Positions 14,196 to 27,425 of a DNA stretch of 64,000 nt are shown piece after piece. The position numbers and the translations under genes were made by a program. Below the pieces are notes generated by a model. It ran no database searches. It saw nothing but the letters and a program-made list of their open reading frames with translations, and was not told the DNA's origin. Numbering within the stretch: position 1 is the first letter of the stretch; the number at the start of each line of letters is the position of its first letter. Where the stretch lies: positions 6,076,001 through 6,140,000 of the forward strand of contig CM074512.1 of the NCBI GenBank assembly GCA_037379345.1, written 5' to 3'. This stretch comes from Perna viridis. Lineage: Eukaryota.

Positions 14196-14556
14196 GTGTA
14201 ATGTTCAGGGGAGACCTGGAACTTGTAATGTTCAGGGAAGACAAGGAACTTGTAATGTTCAGGGGAGACCTGGAACTTGTAATGTTCAGGGGAGACAAGG
14301 AACTTGTAATGTTCAGGGGAGACCTGGAACTTGTAATGTTCAGGGGAGACAAGGAACTTGTAATGTTCAGGGGAGACCTGGAACTTGTAATGTTCAGGGG
14401 AGACTTGGAACTTGTAATGTTCAGGGAAGACAAGGAACTTGTAATGTTCAGGGGAGACCTGGAACTTGTAATGTTCAGGGGAGACCTGGAACTTGTTATG
14501 TTCAGGGAAGACAAGGAACTTTTAATGTTCAAGGAAGACAATGATGTTTTAATGTT
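14196..14556. repeat. Minisatellite, 27 bp x ~13
   Basis: TGTAATGTTCAGGGGAGAC(CT/AA)GGAACT; the two variants partly alternate. Confidence 0.95.
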
Positions 14557-14939
14557 TTATAATACAACTGTTGTTCAGTTAAATTGTTTTATAAATGGTC
14601 CAAAATGGTTAATGGTATTTTGTTGATATAATGGTATGCATAGCTTTGTCTCTATTGCTTTTATCTGAAAATGTGTTAATCTTGTTTTCTTTATCAGGGG
14701 AATGATTGGTAGTTCAATTATATGCCTTTATTTTGTCCTCGATTTTGTTATCAAGGAAGTCTTGTTAATTGATCAACATTAACTCTTGACACCCACTCCC
14801 AATTTTCACTTAGGTAATCACATTGGATACATCGTTATTCTGCATGCAAGCTTAGTCTCTGTACAAATTAATCTATTAAAGATTAGAAGTGAAATAAGAT
14901 AATGGACAGAAAACTGAAGTTGGTTGTTAAGTAAGAAAA

Positions 14940-16312
14940 TCAAATGGCATCAGAGAGTGTTTTGTATAGTAAAAGATTCATATGGCATCAGAGTGATTTG
15001 GTTTATAAAGATGTTCAAATGGCATCAGAAAGTATCTTGGTTTATTAAAGTTAGCTATTCCAATGACACCAGAGAGGTCTTTGGTTTAGTGAGTGATTTA
15101 AATGGCATCAGAGCAGATTGTGGTTTAGAAAGGCATTCAAATGGCGTCAGAGCAGACTGTAGTTTAGAAAGGCATTCAAATGGCATCAGAGAAGACTGTA
15201 GTTTAGAAAGGCATTCAAATGGCATCAGAGCAGACTGTAGTTTAGAAAGGCATTCAAATGGCATCAGAGCAGACTGTGGTTTAGAAACGCATTTAAATGG
15301 CATTAGAGCAGACTGTGGTTTAGAAAGGCATTCAAATGGCATCAGAGCGGACTGTAGTTTAGAAAGGCATTCAAATGGCATCCGAGCAGACTGTAGTTTA
15401 GTTTAGAAACGCATTCCAATGGCATCAGAGCAGACTGTAGTTTAGTTTAGAAACACATTCAAATGGCATCAGAGCAGACTGTAGTTTAGAAAGGCATTCA
15501 AATGGCATCAGAGCAGACTGTGGTTTAGAAACGCATTTAAATGGCATCAGAGCAGACTGTGGTTTAGAAACGCATTCAAATGGCATCAGAGCAGACTGTG
15601 GTTTAGAAACGCATTCAAATGGCATCCGAGCAGACTGTAGTTTAGTTTAGAAACGCATTCCAATGGCATCAGAGCAGACTGTAGTTTAGTTTAGAAACAC
15701 ATTCAAATGGCATCAGAGCAGACTGTAGTTTAGAAAGGCATTCAAATGGCATCAGAGCAGACTGGTTTAGGAAGGCATTCAAATGGCATCAGAGCAGACT
15801 GTAGTTTAGAAAGGCATTTAAATGGCATCAGAGCAGACTGTAGTTTAGAAAGGCTTTCAATTGGCATCAGAGCAGACTGTGGTTTAGAAATGCATTTAAA
15901 TGGCATGAGAGCAGACTGTAGTTTAGAAAGGCATTTAAATGGCATCAGAGCAAATGGTAGTTTAGAAAGGCATTCAAATGGCATCAGAGCAGACTGTGGT
16001 TTAGAAAGGCATTCCAATGGCATCAGAGCGGACTGTGGTTTAGAGAGGCATTCTAATGGCATCATAGCAGACTGTGGTTTAGAAAGGTATTCCAATGGGA
16101 TCAGAGCAGACTGGTTTAGAAAGGCATTTAAATGGCATCAGAGCAGACTGTGGTTTAGAAACGCATTCAAATGGCATCAGAGCGGACTGTAGTTTAGAAA
16201 GGCATTCCAATGGCATCAGAGCAGACTGTAGTTTAGAAAGGCATTCCAATGGCATCAGAGCAGACTGTAGTTTAGAAAGGTTTTCAAATGGCATCATAGT
16301 ATTTTGGTTTAG
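14940..16312. repeat. Minisatellite, 39 bp x ~34, homogeneous core with diverged edges
   Basis: AAATGGCATCAGAGCAGACTGTAGTTTAGAAAGGCATTC. Confidence 0.97.
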
Positions 16313-16489
16313 TTCAGATATTGAATGCCATTGGAGGTACATTTTGTCTTGTAAGGAAATCAAATGGTTTTAGCATGCTTTCTGTTAGCTGGGGAGTCAT
16401 GTGTCTTAAGAGGGTAGTTTTGATTATAGCTGTGGTCATTTATTTATTTGAATAAAAACAAGCATTGGAATTAATTATGACAGCTTTTT

Positions 16490-17225
16490 AAAGAAACAAA
16501 AATAAATGAGCAATTTGGACTCCACTAAAAACTGGGAGCATGAACCAGGTGCATCAATACTGTAGGGGTCCTCTGCTTTTCTAGAAACACCTGCTGAGTA
16601 GCTCATAAAATGTCAAGTCAGGGTTAGACAAAAGAGGAAGGGAAAACTATGACATTGTGAATAAATGGGTTCTTATGGTGCAAATGGAAACGTCATAACC
16701 ATCCACGTGTTCCTGATGACTTGTAGCAATATAACCTTGTTCCAGAAGCCTAATTATAAAAAGTCTGAACATGTTACAACAAGTCACGACAAGCTCTGGC
16801 ATAATGAATGAGTTGTGATATGAAAACTCCAGGTGCTGAAGGGATGTTGCCATTTGACAGAATGAGATATCATCATGTTTGTAATGAGTTTTCCTACACC
16901 TTCGATCTTTAAGTGTAGGTGAAGACATAGTGTCTGTAGTGTCCTTTATCTCAAGTTCTTTGGTGTAGATGCAATGTATAAAATCCCAGAAACTAGGACT
17001 GTTTAAAGATAATATGTCATCCATATAGCAAAAACTGAGATCAAAGGACCTTGGTAATCAATGTTCCTTCCTTCAGGTCAAAATAGCTATAAAGTCAGCC
17101 TTATAAGAGTGATGGAATAGGTCAGCGAGTAGTGGAGAACAATTTGTTCCCATTGGAATGCTGACTGTTTGTTGAAAAATGTTTCCACTACACTAGACAA
17201 ATATGTTGTCAATGAAAAACCTCTC
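16490..17225 (-). mobile_element. Degenerate Penelope-like retroelement: RT core to thumb plus 3' region
   Basis: Minus strand encodes IDNIFV..QQTVSIPMGTNCSPLLADLF, YMDDILSLNSPSFWDFIHCIYTKELEIKDTTDT, IRLLEQGYIAT, DGYDVSICTIRTHLF; frameshifts and deletions. Confidence 0.88.
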
Positions 17226-17844
17226 CATTTATACATTGTCCCTTTAAAATATTAAGTTAGTTAATGTAAGTTTCCTATTCATAAGCATAAACTGTATTTC
17301 TGATGATAGGTGTACATGATTCTACTGTAACACTGATAATGGAGGTGTGATATTTTATGTAAGGACAAGTTACCTTATTCATTATATGAGAGAAGGAAGA
17401 GCATCATAGATCATAATTAAAGATGTCCACCAGTGAACTACTATCTTATTTCATTACAATATAAATACACTTATGATCATTCTTGTCTTTGTTAAGTTGC
17501 AGTTATAGTGCACCACTCTCACTAGGATAACCTTTACACAGAATGAATTAAATATATCACTGTTGGTCAGGATGTACAATTAATCATATCATCAGTGGTA
17601 TAAAGTCTGGCCTCTTGTTCCTCTGTCCACCATTTATTACTAGACTTGAACCTAGTTAGTTTTAATTATACTTGAATGAGTTAGATTCCAAACATTGGTC
17701 TTAGAAAAGGTTGGAAAAGATTTGCTCCTTTCATCCTCCTTTCAAAGGATGGGGGTTTACTGTGTTACCCTTGTTTGTCTATCACATCTTTTTTGGAACA
17801 ATTTTCTACATAACAATCTGTCACAACCACTTGAAAATTTATGC

Positions 17845-18205
17845 CACCATTGTATTCATTTGGTACTTAACTCAATTGTTTGTGCTTCCAACATATTAAT
17901 TTGGTACCTGCCTGGGTTGTTTGTGCTTCCATCATATTAATTTAGTACTACCTGGGTTGTTTGTGCTTCCATCATATTAATTTAGTACTACCTGGGTTGT
18001 TTGTGCTTCCATCATATTAATTTGGTACTTAACTTGATTGTTTGTGCTTCCAACATATTCACTTAAAACTTGACTTGATTGTTTTTGCTTCCAACATGTT
18101 AACTTGGTACATCACTTTATTGTGTGTGCTACCATTGTATTCACTTAGTTCCTGACTTAGTTGTTTGTACTGTGATCATATTCACTTAATATGTGACTAA
18201 GTTGT
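17845..18205. repeat. Minisatellite, 40-41 bp x ~9
   Basis: GTTGTTTGTGCTTCCATCATATTAATTTAGTACTACCTGG. Confidence 0.88.
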
Positions 18206-19247
18206 TACATGAATTCTTGCTTTATTTTTTTGATATTTGTTTGTGTCATGAAAACCTGGTAATGGATTTTTATTATGTTTATTGATTGATGCATTCCATG
18301 TAATAATTGTAAAAAATCCTATATGTACTTGGATCATATACTGCATACTGTAAAATAGAGCAGAAATTATTTGTGCCAGGTGTCTTTGACAACTGAAGTA
18401 ATTATATTTAGATAATTAAACTGCTATTCTAGTCTATTTCAGATCAGTAAGTCATTTCATTACATGTCACATTCAACATTTTATTCCCTCCAATAACCAT
18501 AAGAAATATGTATTAGGATAATATGTAAGAAGTTGTAACTTCTGTCAATGTATTCCTGTTTTCAGATTTTGTCACATTTTAAGCCTATCAGTGTTTTCAA
18601 TAATTGTTGTTTCTTCAAGAAATATATTTCACATTTTTTTATATGAAAAAAAAAATTTTTTGCTATTGCATGATAAGACAAGCTGTATTTACATTGTTTA
18701 TTTAACTTTGGTAATCTATTACCTGTGTTGGTACCAAGGTACTCTGTACTCAGCAATAAGACAAAAAATTAGATGATTTATGGAGAGATTACATATGATT
18801 TTATAAGAAGTAAATTTCTAAGTAATGTATCTTGAAATGTGAAGGGGGAGTAGAAACCAGCAGAATTGTTTACATTCTTGGAATTAAAAGAGATTGGAAC
18901 CTGTTTTTCCTGTTTTTCTCATAGTCATTATTTAAAAAGAATAGGACAGGAGGAACTATTCTTCATAATGAATTCAGTACATTCAGTAGATGATTATGAC
19001 ACATTTATATTTTCTGATTGTCAGAACATGGACTAAGTATGTGTAGGCTATGTGCTTACATTGTGTATCCTAAATCTTTTAAGCTCATTATCTGAGTAGT
19101 TTTCATTGTAAAATATGGAGTTTTTGTAAACAAAGTAATAACTTGATGTTCCTCTCTTATTTTCTTGTTAATCTCTGGTATACAAATCAATTTCATTCAT
19201 TGAATCAATGTATTGTACTGGAGTAACTTCTTGTACAAGGAATTTTC

Positions 19248-19470
19248 TACTGCTGTAGTGTAGTACCCTAACCATAACACCACTGGTCATCCCAACACTG
19301 CCCCCCTTACTTCTGTAGTGTATCACCCTAACCATAACACTACTGGTCATACCAACATGCCCCCCTTTTACTGCTGTAGTATAGCACCCTAACCATAACA
19401 CTACTGGTCATCTCAACACCGCCTCCCCCTCTTTTACTGCTGCTGTAGTATAGCATGCTAACCATAACAT
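19248..19470. repeat. Tandem repeat, ~61 bp x ~3.5
   Basis: CTGCTGTAGT..ACCCTAACCATAACAC.ACTGGTCAT.CCAACA..GCCCCCC. Confidence 0.88.
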
Positions 19471-22260
19471 GTGTAGCCATTTTTCAGCTTGCTGTCCAAC
19501 ATGAAGTTAGTTGCAGTGCTTCCTATATTACTTTCAATAATATTTAATAATTGGGCCATTATTTTGATGCAATTTCATTGAGTATCATTATAAATATAGT
19601 TGTTGCAGGAGGACTCCAATGGAAAGAAATCTATTTTTAGGGTTTAACATTTAACATTTATCTCAATTAATTTTTTTTAGGGGTGGGGGTGGGGGGGATG
19701 GGGTCTTTTTGGAATTCTCTTTTTGAGCTTGCTCAAATATATCTAGTTTTTTTCCTGTAATGATGCCAAAGCAGATTTCTGCATGCTTAAAACACATGCT
19801 ACAGCAGGGGATATTAAGGTCAGTTCTATTAAAATCAGGACAAAATGTATACAGAATTGATAATATCTCTGTGAAGAAGGGATAATGTTTTTGTTGCTTT
19901 AGCAAAGAGAGATTGACAGGCTTTTGATGATAATAAATAATGAGATGAGTTATGTAGGTATTCATCACATTGAGTCAGGTGTTATTAATTAGAGGTACAG
20001 GTGCTTTTGATTGTATTTATTGTTTTATGACCTGAGCTGTCAACTTTGTCCTACATGCTTTTGTTCTTTCTAATTAGATTGATATGATGTATGAAAACAA
20101 ACACTAACTATGATTTTTGGTTTGTTGTTTTTGTTATTTTTTGTCTTATTATAAAGAAATTTCCTACCATTTTGGCTAAGAAGTACAGATAAATGGAATA
20201 ATAGTCAATACATTCAGGTTGTGCTGAGCTTCTGTTGTTTTTAAACTGTAAAAAGCAGCCTTCCGCCATACACTGTTGGCTTTTTAAATTTTTCACATGT
20301 GCAACAATGTTCTAGTGACACTGCATAGTGCTTATGTATATGTTGATGTAGTAATTATATTTCTATACAACAAAAAATATTGTGGATATATGAAATTTTG
20401 GCATATATTGTACCACCTGATTATAATCTGTATACATTTGGTTTCATAACAATAATTTGAGCATTGACTAATTGATTTTGAATAAATATAATATGTACAT
20501 GTAGATTTATTGAAGATAATCTACACTCCCTATTATTAATACATATTGTACTTTTTGTTGTTGTTATATAACATGGTAGCTGCCATTGTTTTGTCAGGCA
20601 CTGAACAACTTCATAACCACTACCATCCCTGGACAAACGCAAACTTTAATGAAACAACTAATGTGCTGTAGGCATTGCCTATAGAAGCCTGCACCATTAC
20701 GTTCAACATTACAAGTTGAATACCTAATTTGTTTGTTCAGCACTTCGCTATCACAGGCCTTTGGGACCAGAATTACAAAAAAAAAATCATTAAATCATTT
20801 TGTTTCCATATTTGAGTTATTATGTGCTTTCTCAGATATGTCTGCTTGCTATTTAATGCCGTTTATAATATGCCCAGTTTCTTGTCTATCTCCTTCTCCT
20901 TGTCAGAGAACAAAACCTGAGTATTCTCATACTGATAGAATCAATTTTGATTCATGTCTAAGATTACCAAAGTTTGAAATATTCTTTGAAACAAAATCAA
21001 ATCTCTTGTTTAGGACCAAACTTTGGACAAACATATGGAAAACGTATTTTATCTTCTACTGCTTGGATATTACAATTGTAAGTAAAAATAAGATTGGTGT
21101 TCATTTAATGAATTCACTTAGACATATATTGTTTACCCTTTTGGCACAAGACAGGAACACAACCCATAAAGAATTCAACTGTATTAGAGGACCCGTTGAT
21201 TGGAGATGCCCACTTGGTCAGTTAATGACAAAGTCAATGTTTAAGTCATTCATTTAGAAAACAAAAAAGAAGGTGTATCATGGAAAAGTTTGACAGCCAT
21301 TCATTTATATACCAAAAAACATCCATTACCAACACCTTTAGGTAGAATACTCAAGAACTCAAACCAGCCTAATATGTGTGATTACCATCAATTAACAACA
21401 TGTATACAACTTCCTAAGGAAGATTGGCAATAATACACTAGCTTAAAATCTATTACTCCAATATACCCACTGTGGAACTGTTGTAGTCTGTCAATCCATA
21501 GTTAAAAACATGTATATAATTTGATAAATTTATTGACCAAACGCTCATATGACATGCAATACAAACATCCATGGTCACGTTGAAAAACAGATCCTGTATT
21601 ATAATAAATAGAAATGATATCCAAACTTTTTTGGAAAGCTTATACTTATAAGAATATACACTCATTGCTGTTGAGCCCAACTTAGTGCTTGTTATGAAGT
21701 AAAGTCCTCTTTAATATTTCTATTAGAAATCCTTTTTCCTCAGTGTTTGCCTAAAATTGAATCCTATCACATACAATTTAACTGAAACAACAGATGAAGT
21801 GTAGCAGTATACCTTTCAATTGTTACAAGCAAATCATGATTTAACAGATTTTTTTAGTGAAAATCCAATATAGAGATGAAAGCTGTTGTCATAAGTAGAC
21901 ATAACATTGTTAATGAGATAAAAACAAGAGATTATTAGCATGACAGTGTATATTATGTGATGTAAATGATAATAAAAAAATTGTATTATTAATACACTTC
22001 AAGCAGGTTTTAAATATTGAATTCCTGCTTTGTCATCTGAATGAACAAGGAACTGGTTGAGCAGTACATAGCTGAAGAAAAAAATGTTTTGAGTTGGCAA
22101 CAGAATAGTTTACATGAGTGGTTTTTTTTTGTTTTTGTTTTTGCTTGAAAATGTCGATCATCTGTAGTGATTATTCTTATTTCACTTTGAAATCTATGTT
22201 TTAAACCTGGAAGTTAAAGTGATCATAAAGATAGTATCCTGCAATTAATGATCCATATCT

Positions 22261-23364
22261 TTACAAAGCTGTTGTCAAACCTACATCTAATGTCCGGGAA
22301 GGATTGTTCACAGTAATTCCATTATTGCATCGTTTAAACTGTTTCAGTTTGTGTCTACCATGAAATATGTTTTTAAGTCCATTTCGGAAATTGTCATTTA
22401 GCCATCCATATAAATATGGATTAATACATGCTGTGCTCATAGCAATTATCTTCAATAATAGGTCTGTCATCTTAATATAAGGTCTAAATGATGTTTTTGA
22501 TATAACATTTCCTTTAGAAGCTAAGATTAAACTAAATAAATTCCATGGTAACCAAAATATTGTAAACAATAAAACTATTGCCATTAATATTTTGTTAGTT
22601 TTTTGGTTTCTTTGTGTGTCATTTCGCTTGTTGGGTCTGTTTTTAAGAACAAGATATATCCGAAAATACAGTACGGCCACAATAACCAAAGGAATAGCAA
22701 ACTGCACAAAGAATACACCCATACTGTACATGAGTTGTTCTGTTAGGGACCACATTTCAATACATTGACTGGTGTGATAGTTAATTTCTGGTATATCCAC
22801 TTGGTGAAGGTCCATATGAAAAATAGCAGGAATTGCGAAACATACTGTCAGAATGACTATTGATACCACTATACATATTGCCATCTGATTTGTCATTCTA
22901 CTCATAAAAGGATATACTATGAGCATATAACGGTCTATTGCAATCATTAGCATGGCTGCTGTTGAGACAAAAATTGGAACAGCAAATAAAGGCATAATAA
23001 CTCGGCACAATACTGGTCCAAATGACCAGTAAGCTGTTACTTGGTAATGTAACTGAAATGGAAGATTAAACACGCATAACATGATATCAGAAAGTGCTAA
23101 TGTTCCAATAAATATGTTAGTTACTGTATGAAGCTGTTTACTTCTGACGATTACTGTAAACACCACCAGGTTTTTGATAAATCCTATCACTATAACAACA
23201 GAATATAAAGTAATGATAAATATCCTCCACGACTTTTTCTGAAGCACATTGTCATTTTCTTCTTGTAAAATACGTGTAAAATTTTGTAACTCGTACATAG
23301 CATATACTTCTTTTGTTTTATCATCAGTTAAGTTTTCCATGTCATAAGTCCAAAAGTGTCCCAT
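22261..23364 (-). CDS. Class A neuropeptide GPCR, NPY/sNPF/prolactin-releasing-peptide receptor-like, uninterrupted CDS, 367 aa
   Basis: Seven hydrophobic segments; TVTNIFI..LALSD, YWSFGPVLC, AIDRY, ECL2 CIEMW, FAIPL..Y, FWLPWN, AMSTACINPYLYGWLNDNF; N-terminal NxT sites (NLT, NFT); no stops or frameshifts. Confidence 0.95.
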   Translation of the reverse strand: MGHFWTYDMENLTDDKTKEVYAMYELQNFTRILQEENDNVLQKKSWRIFIITLYSVVIVIGFIKNLVVFTVIVRSKQLHTVTNIFIGTLALSDIMLCVFNLPFQLHYQVTAYWSFGPVLCRVIMPLFAVPIFVSTAAMLMIAIDRYMLIVYPFMSRMTNQMAICIVVSIVILTVCFAIPAIFHMDLHQVDIPEINYHTSQCIEMWSLTEQLMYSMGVFFVQFAIPLVIVAVLYFRIYLVLKNRPNKRNDTQRNQKTNKILMAIVLLFTIFWLPWNLFSLILASKGNVISKTSFRPYIKMTDLLLKIIAMSTACINPYLYGWLNDNFRNGLKNIFHGRHKLKQFKRCNNGITVNNPSRTLDVGLTTAL

Positions 23365-23413
23365 CTGAATCCTGGTAATTGCAGTTAGTAATCCATTGTT
23401 GTTAACCTGTTAC

Positions 23414-23432
23414 TCTGTAAATGGAAAAAAAA
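23414..23432 (-). promoter_or_regulatory. Probable splice acceptor 50 nt upstream of the GPCR ATG (5'UTR intron)
   Basis: Minus strand reads TTTTTTTTCCATTTACAG|AG. Confidence 0.6.
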
Positions 23433-23469
23433 CTGATTTTAGCTCTGTGTGAATCAAAGTAAACTGAGA

Positions 23470-24205
23470 TAATAAATCCTAGTGGACCTGATACAAATAC
23501 TCCCAACATTAAAAATCCAAGGTGATCTGATATCAATACAACATTAAAAATCCAAGGTGATCTGATATCAATACTCCCAACATGAAATCCTGGGTGATCT
23601 GATATCAATACTCCCAACATGAAATCCTGGGTGATCTGATATCAATACTCCCAACATGAAATCCTAGATGATCTGATATCAGTGCTCCCAACATGAAATC
23701 TTAGTGGATCTGATATCAGTACCCCTCCAACAAGAAATCCTATTGAGACTTGGTACCAATACTCCCAACATGAAATCCTGGGTGATCTGATACCAATGCT
23801 CCCAACAAAAAATCCTTGGGGATCTGATACCAATACTCCCAACATGAAATCCTAGGGAACCTGATACCAGTACTCCCAACAAGAAATCCTAGGGAATCTG
23901 ATACCAGTACTCCCAACAAGAAATCCTTAGGAACCTGATACCGATACTCCCAAGAAGAAATCATGGGGAACCTGATACCAATACTAACAAGAAAGGCTTG
24001 GAACCAGATACCAATACTCCCAACAAGAAATCCTTGGGGATCTGATACCAATACTCCTAACATGAAATCTAGGGAAGCTGATACCAATACTCCCAAGAAG
24101 AAATCCTTGGGAACCTGATACCACTACTCCCAAGAAGAAATCCTTGGGAATCTGATACCAATACTAACAAGAAATCCTTGGGAACCTGATATCAATACTC
24201 CAAAA
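23470..24205. repeat. Minisatellite, 37 bp x ~20, just upstream of the GPCR coding exon
   Basis: CTGATA(T/C)CAATACTCCCAACA(T/A)GAAATCCTGGG(TG/GA)AT. Confidence 0.95.
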
Positions 24206-26689
24206 CATATGTACAAGAAACAAAATACATTTTTAACATGTCTGGTGAAAGATCACAAAGAACATTTAGTCTTTGTCAACATTTTATTTCTCTTGAATAA
24301 AAAAAATGAACTTGTGTTTTTATGAAAGGAGACATACTTATGATAGGATATTTAATTGGAAAGAGTGAATAACCAAAATATGATCATGAGTGCTGAAGAA
24401 TGCCTGGATTTAATGAGTGGGCGGAACTTGTTCGGTGCACGAGTTAAATCTTTTTGTGTTCTTGGCACGTTTGATCATAGTTTGGTCATTCACGATAACC
24501 AGCTGATTATCCTATTTATTATATATATTTTCTCCATTTTTCGTTGCTGTTTTCAACATGAATTTTAAATTTTATGAACAGCGCAGTCATATTCGTGTTG
24601 TGATGTTTTGTGATGTTTTTTGTGGGAGAAAGTCCAAGAGTGAAATTAGAGAAATAATTCCACAGTGTGAATTATCAAATTTTATTTTACATGGGGAACA
24701 CTTGGTAAATCACTGCTATATAAAGCATAATATGTTATCTCTGTCTGTCTGTCCATCCTTTTATCCTTCACACTCTAGAGTACTAAAGTGTTCTGGAAAG
24801 AAATTCCTTTAGCTTAAAATTATGTTTAGATTGTACATTATCATCTGATACTGAAATATAGATAGTTAAGTATATATTATAAAGGTTTTTAAAGTTGGAA
24901 GAACAATTCAAGAAATCATTTCAAAATATTCAATAAGTATGGTATCAGATGGTAGTCACATTGACTTTCTATGAATTATGGGTATATCTCCCTATAAATA
25001 TTAACTCAGCTGGAAACACCCCTTTTAGTGTGAATCATTGGTTCACTTAGAATTTTTTCTCATCTAGAGAAATTCATGTTTTTTTCCATTTAGGGCATTG
25101 TTCATAGCAATTAAAGCTGAATTAAATGTGCATTTGACTCCTGTTAGTATACAACTGTGTGTATCCTTGTTTCTATTATGATATTTATTTTCAGCTGAAG
25201 TTATTAAACTGTTTTGAACACGTTTCGTACAGTATGACTTTATACTTATACCAGAATATAACTGGATCAGTTTTTTTCTCTCATTTCCATGAAAAAGTAT
25301 ACAGTATAATAATAGAGTTATATGATCTTACCTTGTGAAGAGGGATAATCTTCTATTTATCTCCACACTCTTTTAACTTTAATGTACTTTTGCTTGTGAC
25401 AGAATTTTACAAATATTTTATATTCACTTAATATTTAAGTCACTCCCTTTTATATTGATTGACACTTTGTTAATTCTTTATTTTCTCCATTAGATTTCAC
25501 CAACAGCTTGACACAGTTTTGGTCACGTCTCATTGGCTAATGATGCTTGATCAACGTTTTATTGTTTCACAGTTTATTGGTTAAAGCACACACCATCTGT
25601 GCTTTACTATATCACTGTAATCCCACTGTTCACAATGTATACTGCTAATTGTAATTGAAAAAACTTTACTTTAAGAAAAAAAACCTCTCATACATGACTA
25701 TAAACTTATAAAATAAAATGTTCACTTTCTTTGATTCACTGGAAGCTGTGTGATATAAATTATATAAATATATTTAAGATGGGTAAATATGGTTAAACGG
25801 TCTTGTCATTTACCCTTGTTGTTGATTTATGAAAATATGATTAGCAAATAGAAAACAGTAATATAGATGGATTATTGATTGTAATCTTACAATGCTGCCA
25901 CTGACACAACTTATGAATAAATACAATTGACTTTAACATGAAGACTTCAGTACAAATCTAGTGTTACTCTGAAGTGTCTACTTTTAACTTGTTTAAAATT
26001 GAACTCAGATTTTCTCATTAAACGATACATGTACACATACTTCAGATGTTATAATAATATTGATGTTTTTGGTGTGAAGAAAAAAAAACAAGTGCTTCTC
26101 AGAATGATAGATAGTGTTAAGGTCAAGACATGAAGACAGTTTGATCATTCTATACTGGCTAGAATTGTAAATCATTAAACTTGAACAGTAATAGAACAGT
26201 CAGAAACTTCCTAGCAATACTTCCAATATTTTACATATGATTTGAAAGCACTGAAATATGAAACATCAGTAGATGTTATGAACAAACAATATATTTTTTT
26301 TGTTCTGAAAAGTTTGTAATTTATCCTTATATTATGGATATGTCCCTTGTGGGAATACAATATTCAAATGATTCAATGAAAATATTGATGAAGTGATGCA
26401 TGTCAAATCACAATAGTCCTGCTCCAGCTTTGCCATATTTGTACTCCATCTGTCTGTCATATAATAAAAGTTTAAAAAAAATATAAAAAAATATACTTTT
26501 GACTATGCTTATAGTAATTGAGATAATATTTAATGTTTGTAAAAGTAATAGTCAACATTTTTTACAAGGTTACAAATGTTCTTCAAGTAAGGAACAAATG
26601 AAGAATATCCGTTATCTTAATATTGATTTTTACAATCTTTTTTGGTGTTGTTATTGTGAGAGTCACAGAGCATTTGTATGATAGAGCAT

Positions 26690-27425
26690 TTTGATGAGTT
26701 ACCTACAGATTGTTTGTATGAGTGAGCATCTGGATGTGTCAAAGATTGTATGTATGTGATGATATCTTGATGAGTTACAGATTGTTTGTATGAGTGAGCA
26801 TCTGGATGTGTCAAAGATTGTATGTATGTGATGATATCTTGATGAGTTACAGATTGTTTGTATGAGTGAGCATCTGAATGTGTCAAAGATTGTATGTATG
26901 TGATGATATCTTGATGAGTTACAGATTGTTTGTATGAGTGAGCATCTGGATGTGTCAAAGATTGTATGTATGTGATGATATCTTGATGAGTTACAGATTG
27001 TTTGTATGAGAGGACATATTGGTTAGTAAAAGATTGTTTGTATGTGATGATATCTTGGTGAGTAACATATTGTTTTTATAAGAGAGCATCTCAGTGAGTT
27101 ACATATTATGTGTTTGAGGGCATCAAGATGAATTACATATTGCTTGTATGAAAGGACATCTTGGTGGTGTACAGATTGATTGTATGAGAGAACATCTTGG
27201 TGGTGTACAGATTTGTATGAGAGAACATCTTGGTGGTGTACAGATTTGTATGAGAGAACATCTTGGTGGTGTACAGATTGTTTGTATGAGAGAGCATCTT
27301 GGTGAGTTTTATATTGTTTGTATGAGAGAACATCTTGATGGGTTGCAGATAATTTGTGTGTAAGGGCATATTGATGAGTTATGTATTGGTTGTATGAGAA
27401 AGCATTTTGGTGGTGTATACATTGT
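26690..27425. repeat. Minisatellite: 72-bp dimer of a 36-bp monomer, reverting to 32-36-bp monomers
   Basis: GATGAGTTACAGATTGTTTGTATGAGTGAGCATCTG + GATGTGTCAAAGATTGTATGTATGTGATGATATCTT; period 72 at 26769 and 26841. Confidence 0.93.

Noticed and set aside
14940-16312. CRISPR-like array (also considered for the other arrays)
   Set aside because: Head-to-tail units without unique spacers, no cas genes, eukaryotic intron
13991-16373. Repetitive ORFs (LVMFRGDLE, CNVQGRPGT, NGIRADCSLERHS) as proteins
   Set aside because: By-products of 27- and 39-bp units (multiples of 3) open in several frames on both strands; no splice or domain support
20733-21257. 174-aa + strand ORF
   Set aside because: Non-ATG start and no recognisable domain; lies in the probable GPCR 3' region on the opposite strand
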